Below are positions 49,068-61,507 of a DNA stretch of 64,000 bases, in pieces. Each line of letters begins with the position of its first letter. Positions within the stretch are counted from its first letter, which is position 1. A program made the translations under genes and the position numbers. Source of the stretch: Chiloscyllium plagiosum (taxonomy: Eukaryota); the NCBI RefSeq assembly GCF_004010195.1, contig NC_057719.1, positions 82,985,324 to 83,049,323 of the forward strand, read 5' to 3'. The notes under the pieces are model-generated. The model was not told the DNA's origin. It worked only from the letters and a program-made list of their open reading frames with translations, and did not search any database.

Positions 49068-52000
49068 GTACGTGAGCACATGGACGGCCTTTCCTTGTTC
49101 CGTCATGGGATGTGAGCATTTATTGTCCATCTCCCATTGTCCTCGAGAAGGCGGCGGCGAGTTTGAGTTTGCTTTCTTTTTGTCACGTGTACTGAGATAC
49201 AGTGAAAATGGTTGTTTTATGTGTTATACAGGCAGGTTGTACCATACAAAGTGCATCAGGGCAGCAGAGAAGGTGCACAGAGAGAGTGAGAGATCAGAAT
49301 TTATATTCAAAATGGCGGGCAAGACGCTGTTCTCGAATCTATTAATGTATTCAAACTTTTATGCCTTCTGCCCGTACTCATTTAGGTCTGACATTTGAGT
49401 CCTTGATCCTTGGTGAGTCAATCTGCTGCACCTCTGGGAGTGGGTGTCCATTCCTTGGTGCAGCGAAGGGTGAGAGAGGACTTGATAGAGGGGTGTAAGA
49501 TTATGAGGGGCATTGATAGGGTGAATCGAAAGGCAATTTTTCCATTAGTAGAGGGGTCAAGGTAACCAGGGGGGCATAGCTGTAAGAGCTAAGTAGCTAA
49601 GAGGAGCGTTGAGGAGAACTATTTTCGCTCAGAGGGTGGTGGGAGTCTGGAACTCACTGCCTGAAAGGGTAGTTGTCTCGTTCTGTGCTGTAAATGACTG
49701 TGAATCTGGTGAGGGTGCATCACAGTGCCCTCAGGGAGGGAATGCCAGGATTTTGACCCAGTGACACTGAAGGAATGGTACTGTATTTCCGAATCAGGGA
49801 TGGTGAGTGACTCGGAGGGGAACTTGCAGGAGCTGATGTATCTGCACCCCTTGACTTTCTGGTTGGTAGTGGTTGTGGGTTTGGAAGATGATATGGGAGG
49901 AGCCATGGCATGTTCTGAAGTGTGTTCTGTAGGTAGTACACATGCACGTGTTGTGGGGTGGCACCAGTTAGCTCAGTTGGCTGCACAGCTAATGTGTGAT
50001 CACAACAGCATGGCATGATCCCCCTTTTGACTGAAGTAGATTCAGGGCTTACCTCCTTGTAGTAAAGATCACACCATTTTGCATAGGGTATGGTAATAAT
50101 CCTTAAGATCTACCTTTGTGCAGAGAACTCAAGAGAAAGTATACCTGTTTGGTAGCTTCGCCAAGTTCACACCTCATTCTTAGGTGTGCCTGGTACTGCT
50201 CCTGGCAGCACGTTCCATTGAACCAGGGTTGATCCCATGGTTTGATGGTCATGGTGGAGTGGGGGATATGCCGGGCCATGAGGTTACACATTGTGCTGGA
50301 ATACAATTCTGCTGCTATTGATGGCCCAGGCACCTCATGGACGCCCAGTCTTGGGTTGCTGAATTTGTTTTAAACTATTCTTCTTAGTAAGATCATTCTC
50401 CCAAGACACAATATGGAGAGTGTCCTCAGTGTGAAGCTGGGACTTTACTTCACAAAGACAGTGCAGTGGTCGCTCCGACCAATACTATCCAGGATTGGTA
50501 CATCGGTGACAGGTGGATTGGTGAGGGCTGGATCCAATGGGTTTTTCCATCTTGTTGATTCCCTCAACATTTGCCTAGACCCAGTCTGGTGGATAGATCC
50601 TTCAGGGATCATCCCATTGCAGTGCTATGAAGCTGCTCTTGGTTATGGCTATTGATGCTCTCCATTCAGAGTAGACTATTTGCTGCTTTTCTGCCCACAC
50701 TGCTTCTTCAACAACAGAGGGACGGATCACTGAAGGAGGCTGATAGTTGGTGATCAGCAGCAAGTTTGCTCGCCATTTGGCCTTGCGCATAAGATTTAGG
50801 GTCAACGTTGAGGACTCCCAGAAGAATTCTGAGAATATGAGTAGACTGTTGTTTGACTAGACTGAGGGACAGGACTTTTAACTTTGACGTAGGTCCCAAA
50901 GTTTTGTGAGGAGGACTATGAGGGCAAGTTGGACTGGGCGTGCCTTTTCTGTGCCCAGGAGGTCTGTCTGATTTTTGCCTTATTCACATTTTCTGTTCTG
51001 TACAATGGAGCATTTGCTAGTCATAGAGTCAGAGAGATGTACAGCCTGGAAACAAACCCTTCGGTCCAACTCGTCCTAGCCGACCAGATATCCTTCTTAG
51101 AGGGCAGTTAAATTGTAAAACACATTATTGTGAATCCAGACTCACATGTGGACCAGGCCAGGTGAGGTTTCCTGCCAGAGCTAGTTTTAAAAGTGGTGAT
51201 TGAGACCAGGAGGTGGAAGTGCTGCTTTCATTTTCAACAGATCCAAGGTTTGCAGAAAAAGAAGGGTGCAGGGAGGAAACCTGAACTGAGCCGTACCATT
51301 TGAACTTAGTGTGGAGTTCAAACAGACCCCATTTTGCCTTAACTCTGTAGTGAGAGAGTCACAAATTTAAGGAGTAGATGCAAAGGCTATTCGATACAGC
51401 AGGTCTGTTTGAATGTCATTATCTGAAGTTATAGAAAGTCTTTGCTGTTCAAACATGGAAGGGGAAAAGAACCAAATTAAGCTGACAATGAGAGTTATAA
51501 CAAACTCTCCTTGATTTACAGGCCAGCTGGTTTAGCTTATTGTATGCCAAGCAATTTCAGTAAGAGTTCCAAGTTCACCTTTCTCCAATTTTTATTTGAG
51601 AAGAAGGTTTAAAAGAGAAAATGACAGTGAAGAGAGAACTGTGAATAATATCAGCCTGTGCGAGGTCCCAGATGGGAAATTGGTCTGTGGGTGTCGTATA
51701 AAGTGAACCTTTTCAAGGTGAGCTCAGAGAGGAGAGATAGCAAAGAAAGTAGAGAAATGGGGCAGGGTGTGGCTAGGCCAAAGGCATCTTTAAAGGAAGC
51801 TGGGGCTGAGGGGGCAGAGACAGATACAGCAGAGGTCTGCCCCCTCAGGTTAGTGTACAAGGTCCTATGTCACTATTGTGATAAAAAGCTAGGGTGCTCA
51901 TTTTTACTTGTTCACGGGATGTGGGCATCACTGACCAGGCCAGCGTTTACTGCCCATCCCGCATTACCCTGTGGGCAGTTCAGAATTAACCACTTTGCTG

Positions 52001-52409
52001 TTGGTCTGGGGTCACATGTAGGTCAGACCAGGTAAGGGTAGCCAATTTCCTTCCCTTTAGGACTTTAATGAATCAGATGGATCTTTCCAAAAATTGACCG
52101 ACACAGTTGCTGTTTGTCTGGCTTTCTTCAAGTTCCTGGTTTCTATTCAAATTTCACTATGGTGCGATTTGAACCTACGACCCTGAAATCTTAGCCCGGT
52201 GTTCTGGATTACTAGTCCAGTGACATTACTGCTAATGTCTCCCTGGTGCACAAGCCAATATTTATGTCTGAACCAATGTTTATAACAGATTTACCGGTCG
52301 CTATCTTATTAGCTGCTTATAGGCGGCTTGCTGAGTACCCATTAACTGCTAACATTGCAACAGTGACCAAAAGTATTTCATTGGCTGGAAAGTCACTTAA
52401 TATTTTTTG

Positions 52410-52980
52410 ATTGGTTTATTACTGTCATATGTACCTAGTTGCAGTGCAAAGTTTTGTTCTCCTTGCAGTACAGGCAGATGATACCATACACAGTGCGTTA
52501 GGGTAATAGAACAGAGCGAATGTTACAGCTGCAGAGAAGGTGCACACAGAGCGAGATCAACATTAAATTTGAATTTTGAGAGGTCTGTTCAGAAGTCTAA
52601 TAACAGCAGGGAAGAAGTTGTACTTGAATCTGTTGGTACGGTATTTAAGCTTCTGTATCTTTTGCCCAATGGAAGAGGTTGGAAGAGATTATAACCGGGG
52701 TGGAAGAGGCCTTTGATGATGTCACTGCCTTCCCCAGGCAGTGAGAAGTATAACTGGAGTCAATGGATGGAAGGCTGGCTTGTGTGATGGACTGGGCTGT
52801 GTTCACAACTCTCTGTAGTTTCTTATGGTCCTGGGCAGAGCAGTTTCTGTACCAAGCTGTGATGCATCTGGATAGGATGCTTTCTCTGGTGCATCAATAA
52901 AAATTGGCAAGCATCCTTGTGGACATGCCGAAATTCCTTAGCATGCTGAGGAAGCAGAGGGGTGGATGTACTTTCCGGAC
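52410..52980 (-). mobile_element. Rex1/Babar-like LINE 3' portion
   Basis: Reverse complement of the 42285-42940 family. Confidence 0.75.
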
Positions 52981-53291
52981 TATCCTATCAACGTGGAAGA
53001 CAAATGCGGTGATGGCCTGTATCCAAAGAGGGCTGGAGAGGAAAGGGGTTGGTAGTTAATGCTGCAGTTGTACTGAGGTCTGGACGGGCTCCATGTGTAA
53101 TCAGATTGGGGCGCTTTAGGATACATTGGGTTTGAGGTGAGAGCTGTACAATACAAAATGGCTCCTCCTGTTCTTGTGTGTGTTTCTGAAATTCAACCTG
53201 ATTGTCATTCTCATTCCAAGTTCTAATGCCAATCTGATTGTCATTGTGCATTTATTAATGGGGTCACCTCACATCTTCTTGTTCCCTCCAG

Positions 53292-53451
53292 GCTGGACCA
53301 AGATATGCGCGTATGTGTGGCAGACTTTGGCTTATCACGCAAGCTGTACAGCGGTGATTACTATAGGCAAGGTAGCACCAGCAAGCTGCCCGTTAAATGG
53401 ATCGCCCTGGAGAGTTTGGCAGATAACGTATACACAGTTCACAGTGATGTG
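53292..53451 (+). CDS. TYRO3: TYRO3-like kinase exon, activation loop ([53 protein letters not shown])
   Basis: ccctccag acceptor, gtacgt donor; 160 nt. DFG, YSGDYY and the TAM signature KW(I/L)A(I/L)ES. Confidence 0.98.
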
Positions 53452-53504
53452 GTACGTACTAATTCCGTGCCTGCACGACAGGTCTTCCCAAAATGGGGCT
53501 CAGC

Positions 53505-53820
53505 ATAGAATCCCTACAGTGTGCGAACTGGCCACTTGGCCCAACACCAACCCTCCAAAGAGGAACCCACCTAGACCCATTCCCCTATTGCTTTCCATTT
53601 ACGCCTGACTACTGCACCTAACCTACACATCCTTGAACACTACGGGCAATTTAGCATGGCCAATTCACCTAAGCTGCACATCTTTGAATTGTGGGGGAAA
53701 CCCGGAGCAAACCCGCGCAAACATGGGGAGAATGTGCAAACTCCACACAATCACCCAATGCTAGAGTCGAACCTGGGTCCCTGGTGCTGTGAGGCAGCAG
53801 TGCTAACCACTGAGCCATTG
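53505..53820 (-). mobile_element. V-SINE (HE1-like)
   Basis: Reverse complement has the tRNA head and V-domain. Confidence 0.85.
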
Positions 53821-54632
53821 TAGAGAGAGAGAGAGAGCAAAAAGTTAATATTTCAAGTCTAAAATGGCTCTTTGGAACTGCATAAAAAGATCCAAAGTGT
53901 TTTATACCATAGAACAAGGTGGGGAAGAGCAACTTGAACAGGCGGGAAGGTCAGGGGAAGGTTAGTGGGCAAGGTCAATTAGAGATAACAGAACAAAGGT
54001 TGAAGGGAGTTGTAATGGTTGTAGAGAAGAGAGGTGGGGCAAAGTACATGTTAATAGCTGAATATAGGTCAGCTAAAACGAGGCGTGTCATTTGCCATGT
54101 GGTTGGCTGCCTTTATCCTGCCTTGTGCTCATCTGAACCTGGCCAGGTCTTGTAAGGAAGCCTTTGTCCTTCCTAATTCTGAGCGTCTGAACTCTGGATC
54201 TGAGCTGGGTTTTCCTCTTCACACTGCTTCCCTCACCTTTCCCTACTCTAGAGCCCGTCTTGCAGGCCAGCCTTGTCCAGCTACATTTTTTGCTGTCATC
54301 CATTTAGGTTGTCAATCATGCAGCCTTACACAGTAGGCCCGGCCATGAAGACTGCACAGCCCCTGACCTCATTGTGTGTTGTATCCATTCTCAGGCTTTC
54401 CCCAGCAGTCTCCTACTCCTCCTGGCCCCATCGAAGTCTGAGTCTGTCAGCGAAAGGTGCTGTGAGGAGGCAATTACGTGAGCACTAAGGGCGATGCTAG
54501 AGTGGAGCAGGATGGGAACTTCCCATTGACCTGGAGCCATCACTGGACTCCAGAAGGGTAAGGGGTGGATACTAGGTGGTAGGGTGTCTGACGTGCGTCA
54601 TTTCTGTTTGTTTATTCACATTCTGATTCCAG

Positions 54633-54769
54633 TGGTCATTTGGAGTCACCATGTGGGAGATTGCAGCTAGAGGTCAAACCCCGTACCCAGGAGTTGAGAA
54701 TGCGGAGATTTATGACTACCTCATCCGAGGGCACAGGCTGAAGCAACCCCCAGATTGCACTGATGAACT
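54633..54769 (+). CDS. TYRO3: TYRO3-like kinase exon ([45 protein letters not shown])
   Basis: gattccag acceptor, gtaagt donor; 137 nt. [16 protein letters not shown] motif. Confidence 0.97.
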
Positions 54770-54818
54770 GTAAGTAACAATCCTGATGACTGAGCTGGAA
54801 ATAGAGGGATGGATTTTC

Positions 54819-55215
54819 TTTTGTTTTATTTTTTTTTCTCTTTTATTTTTCTTTTTTTTTCCAACTCTCAAAAGGGAAAACACCCGGGTGGCCAGTGACA
54901 AGCACTGCCCTTCACATCAAAGGGTAATGCTGTGTGATCAACCTCCTGGTTATATTTTTTTAAATTAACCCTCACACTACCACCTAAGTGCGGTAGTACT
55001 TATTTTTTCCCCAGCACCCATGGTGTGTGTGTGTATACGTGTGAGGCACAGTGAAAGACACAAAGTGCACAAATCTTTATTCAATTTCCACCACCAGGAG
55101 GATAGGAAAACACTCGAGTGGCCAGTGACAAGCAGTGCCCTTCACATCGAAGGGCAATGCTGTGTGATCAAAACAGTGAAGGGGAGGGTAGGGACTAAAT
55201 CAAAATAGAGTTGGA
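54819..55215 (-). mobile_element. 5'-truncated A-tailed retroposon with TSD and an internal ~67-bp direct repeat
   Basis: T-rich tail on + strand at 54814-54860; TSD aggga(t/c)ggattttc at 54805-54818 and 55216-55229; repeat at ~54875-54941 and ~55105-55171. Confidence 0.7.
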
Positions 55216-55964
55216 AGGGACGGATTTTCAGAAACAAGTACACCAAATCCCGTTGGCCTATAAACCTGTGCTTGCTAATCTACATTGGCTTCCTATTTAT
55301 TTCACAAGGGGAGGAGGATTGAGGGAAGCAAGCACTGAATTTTATTTTATGAACACAAAACGCTGCCGAGTCTCAGCAGGTCTGCCACCATCTGTGGAGA
55401 GTAAAACATTGCGAGTCCAGATTTGTGTTTCGAAATTCTAGCACCCACAGTATTTTGCTTTAACTTAATTGTACTAAATGGGGCAGTATTTCTTTTGATA
55501 AAGGTGACTCCAATAGATGGATTTGCAGCAGTGGGGACTTGGTAACTTTACGCACAAGGCCCAAGTATCTTATTAAAGCAGCTGCGGGACATAAAAATGT
55601 TGTGACACCTTCTGAATCCATGACAATACCATCAAGAAGGGCAAGGGCAGCACCATCATCAACAAGCCACTCAGCAACTTGTTTTGCAACGATATTACCG
55701 TTCCTTCACTGTTGCTGGGTCAAAATCCTGGACCCTGTTTTCCTATGGGTGCGGCTACATCCCAAGGATTGCACTGGTCAAGAAGGCAGCTCCCACATCT
55801 TCTCAAAAGCACTGAGAGATGGAGAATAAATGGTGGCCTAGCTAGCAATAACTATATGCTGTGAATGAATAAATATGAAACATGTTTCACTAGTTATGCT
55901 ATCACACCCTTTGGCTGAATGGCCTACTCCAATACCTAAGTCTCTTCCTTGTAACTTGCTAAAA

Positions 55965-56430
55965 GTAGAGTCATAGAGATATATAACAGGGAAACAGACC
56001 CTTCAGTTCAACTCATCCATGCCGACCAAGTACCCTTAATTAATCTGGTCCCCATTTGCCACCATTTGGCTCCTATCCCTCTAAACCCTTCCTATTCTTT
56101 TACCCATCTAGAGGCCTTTTAAATGTTGTAATTGTACCAGCCTCCACTACTTTCTCATTCCATACACACACGCCCCTCTGTGTGAAAAAGTTGCCCCTTA
56201 GGTCCCTTTTATATTTTTCCCCTCTCACCCTAAACCTATGCCCTCTAGTTCTGGACTCCCCCACCTCAGAGAAAAGACTTTGTCTTATTTATCCTATCCA
56301 TGCCCCTCATGATTTTATAAATCTTTATAAGGTCACCCCTCAGCCTCTGATGCTCCAGGGAAAACGGCCCCAGCTTATTCACTCTCTCTCTATAGCTCAG
56401 ATCCTCCAACCCTGGCAACATCCTTGTAAA
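55965..56430 (-). mobile_element. CR1/HER1 LINE 3' fragment
   Basis: FTRMLPGLEDLSYRERVNKLG.FSLEHQRLRGDLI. Confidence 0.9.
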
Positions 56431-56493
56431 ACTCTTCCTAAAGCTGAGTGACATTGTTGTTAAGAACGTGTTAATGTTTTTGTGTTATGGCAG

Positions 56494-56869
56494 GTACAAG
56501 CTTATGCACAAGTGTTGGCACACTGACCCCAAGCTCAGGCCCTCCTTTGAATCATTGAGGATATCGCTGGAAGGCCTCTTACTGGGCCTCTCTACCGTCG
56601 CAGAGACAGAGCAACATCTCTACATCAACTTACAGGAAGGGGCAGGAGCTACTGCGTCCAATCAAGGCTGCAGCATGGCCTGCTGGGAAGTGGATGGTCA
56701 GAGTGCGGACAATATGGAGGTCTTGGCTATTTCAGACACCGCTGACTATCGCTACGTGACTGCTCCTCTGGGTTTCATGGAAGACAGAACAGAGGGGACC
56801 CCGGCAAATGAGTCGGAAGATCCGGTTCAGGACGGGCCACTGGAGGATGAAGTCACAATAAATCTTTAG
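56494..56869 (+). CDS. TYRO3: TYRO3-like last coding exon (YKLMHKCWHTDPKLRPSF...LYINL...EDEVTINL*)
   Basis: ggcag acceptor at 56493. CW..DP..RPSF closes the kinase; LYIN tail motif; TAG stop at 56867-56869. The 12 exons total 1715 nt and keep frame. Confidence 0.95.
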
Positions 56870-57339
56870 CAACAGGAAACTTAAATACTGAGCAGTGCAA
56901 TAATGAAACTGAGGGGGTTCCTCTCAGCTGTGCCTTGGTACCACACACGGGTCGAACACTTGTAGGTTACCACCCTCACTGGGATCCAGATCCAAAATAG
57001 GACCTTTGAGATTTCAACAAGAACTGGAGAAAACAGTTTATTTATATCTCTTTGAGGATCAAATGTCATTTGCTGGACAGATTTCCGTGCATTTTCTTTT
57101 GATCTGAATTTAAACCTGAAAGTTCTTTTTTAAAAATTGTTCTCATTGCGCAGGCAACTTGATTAAAGGTGCAATGATTTTAGATGTTGGCTCGATTGTC
57201 AAGTCTGCTGTCAGGCTTTAGAAAGGAGCACAACTTCAGATAAAGGGATGACCAGACCGTATTGTCATTAAATAGGCTCATGTACTAGTACCAACATATT
57301 GGCATTAATTATTAAGCCAAAACAAAAAAAAGAGATTGA

Positions 57340-57648
57340 GGCGGCACGTTGGCTCAGTGGTTAGCACTGCTGCCTCATAGCACCAGGGTCCCAGGTTCGA
57401 TTCCAGCCTCGGTCAACTGTCTGTGTGGAGTTTGCACGTTCTCCCTGTGACTGGGTGGGTTTCCTCCTACAGTCACAAAGATGTGCAGGTCAGGTGAGTT
57501 GGCCATGCTAAATTGCCCTTAGTGTTAGGTGCATTAGTCAGGGGTAAATGTTGGGGAATGGGTCTGGGTGGGTTGCTGTTCGGAGGGTCGGTGTGGACTT
57601 GTTGGGCCATAGGGCCTGTTTCCACACTGTAGGGAATCTAATCTAATT
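57340..57648 (+). mobile_element. V-SINE (HE1-like) in probable TYRO3 3'UTR
   Basis: ggcggcacgttggctcagtggttagcactgctgcc...ggaatctaatctaa. Confidence 0.9.
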
Positions 57649-57679
57649 TGCAATTATGTCGCACTTTTTTCACTCATTG

Positions 57680-58380
57680 GGTGTCTCAAAGTGCTTTCCA
57701 AGTGAGAAGTGCTTTTGAAGTGTTGTAATGTAGGCTATGTGGTGACACAGTAAGTTCCCACAAGCAGAAATAATCGGCTTTTATGAGTTTATGGGAATAA
57801 CGTTGGCCAGGGTTCCAGGGACGGAATCATTTACATCCAGCCAAGCGGTCAGCTGGGATCTTGGTTTAATGTCACATCTGAAAAACAGTACCTCTGACTG
57901 TGCAGCACTCCCTCGGTACTGCACTGGGTTTCACCCTGGATTATTGGACTCAGTACTGGAGTGGAACTTGAACGTGTAATCTTGTGACTCAGATTATGAG
58001 AGTACGATCAACTGAGACACTAACAGCTGACACTTGCTTTTGTTTTGAGCCTCACAGCCATTGCACACTGTGGTTTAGAGAATGTCCCATAAAAGGCAGT
58101 GCAATCATAACTAGCTTGTCTGCCTTGTTGTTTTAGAGACTTGTGTCAGCCAGAATGTCTTTGAGCAATGCCATGAAATCCTTTGTGTCCACTTGAAATG
58201 GGGTCTCGTATTAACATCCTGTTCAAAAGATGGTACTGCTGACAATGCAGCACTTGTTCTGTACTGCGCTGGAGTGTCAGCCTAGACTTTCTGTTTTGAG
58301 CCCCATGTCTGTCTTTTGAACTCCGAAATGACGTGGCTACCCTCTGAGCGTCAAATGACACCACTGTGTTAATATGAACC
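57680..58380 (-). mobile_element. Two DeuSINE-like (SacSINE1-like) remnants
   Basis: acagtacctctgactgtgcagcactccctcggtactgcactgg and a second copy near 58230-58290. Confidence 0.55.
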
Positions 58381-58444
58381 CCCTTGTACCTTGGTGCATC
58401 TGTGTTAAACTGTGTTGTTTTAACCCATAGATGATTCATGGAGA

Positions 58445-58705
58445 ATCTGTCTGTGTGGAGTTTGCACGTTCTCCCTGTGTCTGCGTGGGTTTCCTCCTTC
58501 AGTTCAAACATGTGCGGGTTAGATGGATTGGCCACGCTAAATTGCTGTGTAGTGTCCAGGGATGTGCAGCCTAGGTGGATCAGCCGTGGGAAATGCAGGG
58601 GATAGGTTGGGGGGCTAGGTCTGGGTGGGTTGCTCCTTGGATGTCTGGTGCAGACTTGATGGGCCGAATGACCTCTTTCCGCACTGTAGGGATTCAATGA
58701 TTCAA
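58445..58705 (+). mobile_element. V-SINE (HE1-like), 5' truncated
   Basis: ctgtctgtgtggagtttgcacgttctccctgtgtctgcgtgggtttcctcc. Confidence 0.85.
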
Positions 58706-59029
58706 TAACGACTATCGCTCCAGAAATCAAGGGGGACACGTAACAATCTTAATTCATCACCTTTTCAGCCATAGTGATATAAACAAAGAAATTAAAAATT
58801 CAGAGATTCCAGTGAAAAGGATTATAACCTAAACTAAGAGAGCTCACTGTGTTCTTCAGCAATACCTTCCAAACATACACCTACCCTGAAGGACAATGGT
58901 GGCATGTTTACAGGAACTTGCCCCTGAAATTCACGCATCGTGCTGATTTGGAAAGACTCTGCTGTTTGCCTTCACTGTTACTGGATTAAAGTTATTGGAA
59001 CTTACTAGTAAAGTGTGGGTGTGTGTGGT

Positions 59030-59600
59030 TTGCTTGTACAGGACACAGATGAGGCCTCTTCTGGAGAACTGTGTCCATTTCTGGTCACCCAGTTATAAGA
59101 AGGATATTATTAAGCTGGAGAGGATTCAGAAGAGGTTGATCAGGATGTTGCCAGGTTTTGAGGGTTTGAGTTTTTGAGTTATGGAGACGGACAGGCTTGG
59201 ATTTTGTTCACTGGAGTGTAGGAGGTTGTGAGGCGACCTTATAGAAATTTATGAAATAATGAGGGGTGCAGATAGAATTAATGGTGGTTATCTTTTCCCT
59301 AGAATGGTGGATTTCAAGACTAGGGAGCATATTTTTAAGGGAGAGGAGAAAGATTTAAAAAGGACATGAGGGGCAACATTTTTACACAGAGAGTGGTTCA
59401 TGTGTGGAATAAACTGCCAGAGGAAATGATGGGTGCAGGTACAGTTATAATGTTTAAAAGACATTTGGATTAGTACATGAATAAGAAATATTTGGAAGGA
59501 TATGGGCCAAGCGCAGGAAGGTGGGACCCGTTTATTTGGGATTATAGTCGGCATGGACTGGTTGGACCGAAAGGTCTGTTTCCATGCTGTATGACTATGT
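59030..59600 (+). mobile_element. CR1/HER1 LINE 3' fragment
   Basis: LYRTQMRPLLENCVHFWSPSYKKDIIKLERIQKRLIRMLPG. Confidence 0.9.
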
Positions 59601-59947
59601 TGTCTCTCCCCATCATCACTTCAGTGTAGGGATGGGTAACAAATACTAATTTCCTCACCCCATCCCAAGGACAAAGATTAACTCAACGGTTTTCTCTGGT
59701 GTGGGAGGTGAGCATGTTGATATTGCTTGTAGTTCTCCACCCAGCCTAAGCCCTGTCGGCTGCCTCAATCACTTGATTCCAAGAGATGTAATCTTATAAA
59801 CAGAGTGGTCATGAATCTGAATTCAGGTTGTCACTTTGCATAGTTCGACGTTTTCCAAGCAATTTGGGACTCTTTCAAGAATCTTAATTCTGTTACCCAA
59901 TGTTTTGCACGTACAATGGTACAATAACACCCACAGCATATTCGAAC

Positions 59948-60272
59948 CATAGAATCCCTACAGTGTGGAAGCTGGCCATTTGGCCCATTGAGTCAACACT
60001 GACCCTCCAGAGAGCATCCCATCCCTGTAACCCTGCATTTCCCATGGCTAACTTACCCAGCCTGCATGCCATGGGCTATTTAGCATGGCCAATCCACCCT
60101 GACCTGCACATCTTTGGGATCACCTGTGGGAGGAAACCAGAGCACCTGGAGGAAACCCACCCAGACACGGGGAGAATGTGCAAACTCCACACAGACAGTC
60201 GCCCGAGGCTGGAATCAAACTGGGTCCCTCGTGCTGTGAGGCAGCAGCGCTAACCACTGAGCCACTGTGCCA
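59948..60272 (-). mobile_element. V-SINE (HE1-like)
   Basis: Reverse complement has the tRNA head and V-domain. Confidence 0.88.
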
Positions 60273-60959
60273 TCCACGTTTGTGCTGATTGAATCAGTTA
60301 ACAGATAATAATGTACTGTCTGCCCTTCCTGTCAGTGGTTAATGCACACTAGCTAATGTACATATGGCAATGTAACAATACATAATATAGTCCCTTCTTG
60401 AATTTGCACTAATTGCTAATTGGAAGTTGTGCCAAATGATAGCTGCCAAGCATCTTCTCAGGCATCGTGCCTAACCTTTCAACAATTCTTGTTCTCTCCA
60501 CAGTGAGTCCTCAGTTACCAACCAGCTGTTCATTAAATGGCTTTAATGCCCCGATAACTCATGTATATGGGCACGGGGAAATCCAAGGGCCTGCTTATTA
60601 TCCAACGTTGCTAGTTCTGCTGACAGTGAACACATCTTGAGAATGTGCTTTGTGCCACAGCTCGTTGTTAAAATTAATGAGCAGGTTGAGTGCCAGGGTA
60701 TATTGCCTGCCATCTCTGCTTCCCGTTTGAAGATTAAAAATGACACACTTTCGGTGAGCTGTTCCCAATGATAACATTGTCACAGGATTCAGAGTGGGCT
60801 GGTGCACCTTTACCTGTCTGGATCAGTGAGACCTTCAGTGCTTTTAACATTTGCAATGTGTTTCAGGAACACCCCACATTGCCTGCTCTTTCTCTCAGGT
60901 TGGTGGTTTCAGTGGCTATTAGTTACACACCCAGACAAAAACAAAGGACCTGAAGACCT

Positions 60960-61160
60960 GAAACAAAAGCAGGACTTGCTGGAGAAACTCAGCAGGTTTG
61001 GCAGCTTCTGTGGGAAGAAAGCAGAGTAAACATTTTGAGCCTAGAATGACTCTTCATCAGTGATCTTCATCTGATTGGACTGAAAATGTTCACTCTGGTT
61101 TCTTGCCACAGATGCAGCCAGACCTGCTGAGTTTCTCCAGCAGTTTCCATTGTTGTTTAG
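60960..61160. mobile_element. Penelope-derived palindromic element, family C
   Basis: Arms gctggagaaactcagcagg / cctgctgagtttctccagc; minus-strand ctgatgaagagtc...ggctcaaaatgtt is a degenerate hammerhead. Confidence 0.7.
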
Positions 61161-61292
61161 CTATACGCCCGGATTTTGTTTTGGGAGGGGGTGTGAGCTG
61201 TACTTTACCGATGATTATTTAGGAATACATACTAAGAAATTCTTCAACCGAAACCAGCAGTTTGAAATGGACATTGTCTTCTTGAATAAATG

Positions 61293-61507
61293 ATGTGGAA
61301 CTACCGGTGTTGGGCTGGGGTGCACTAGGTCAGAAGTCACGTAACACAAGGTTATGGTCCAACAGGTTTATTTGAAAATCAAAAGTTTTCAGAGCACTGT
61401 TGCTTTGTCTGGTAGAGTCTCCACCTGACTAAGGAACAGCGCTCCGAAAGCTTGTGACTTGAAACAAACCTGTTGGACTATAAACAGGTGTCGTGTGACT
61501 TCTGTTT
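61293..61507. mobile_element. Penelope-derived palindromic element, family B
   Basis: Inverted arms; 11-bp TSD ttgaataaatg at 61282-61292 and 61508-61518. Confidence 0.8.

Noticed and set aside
471..56869. Assignment to AXL or MERTK
   Set aside because: [44 protein letters not shown] and LYIN all fit TYRO3 better; phylogeny and synteny would be definitive.
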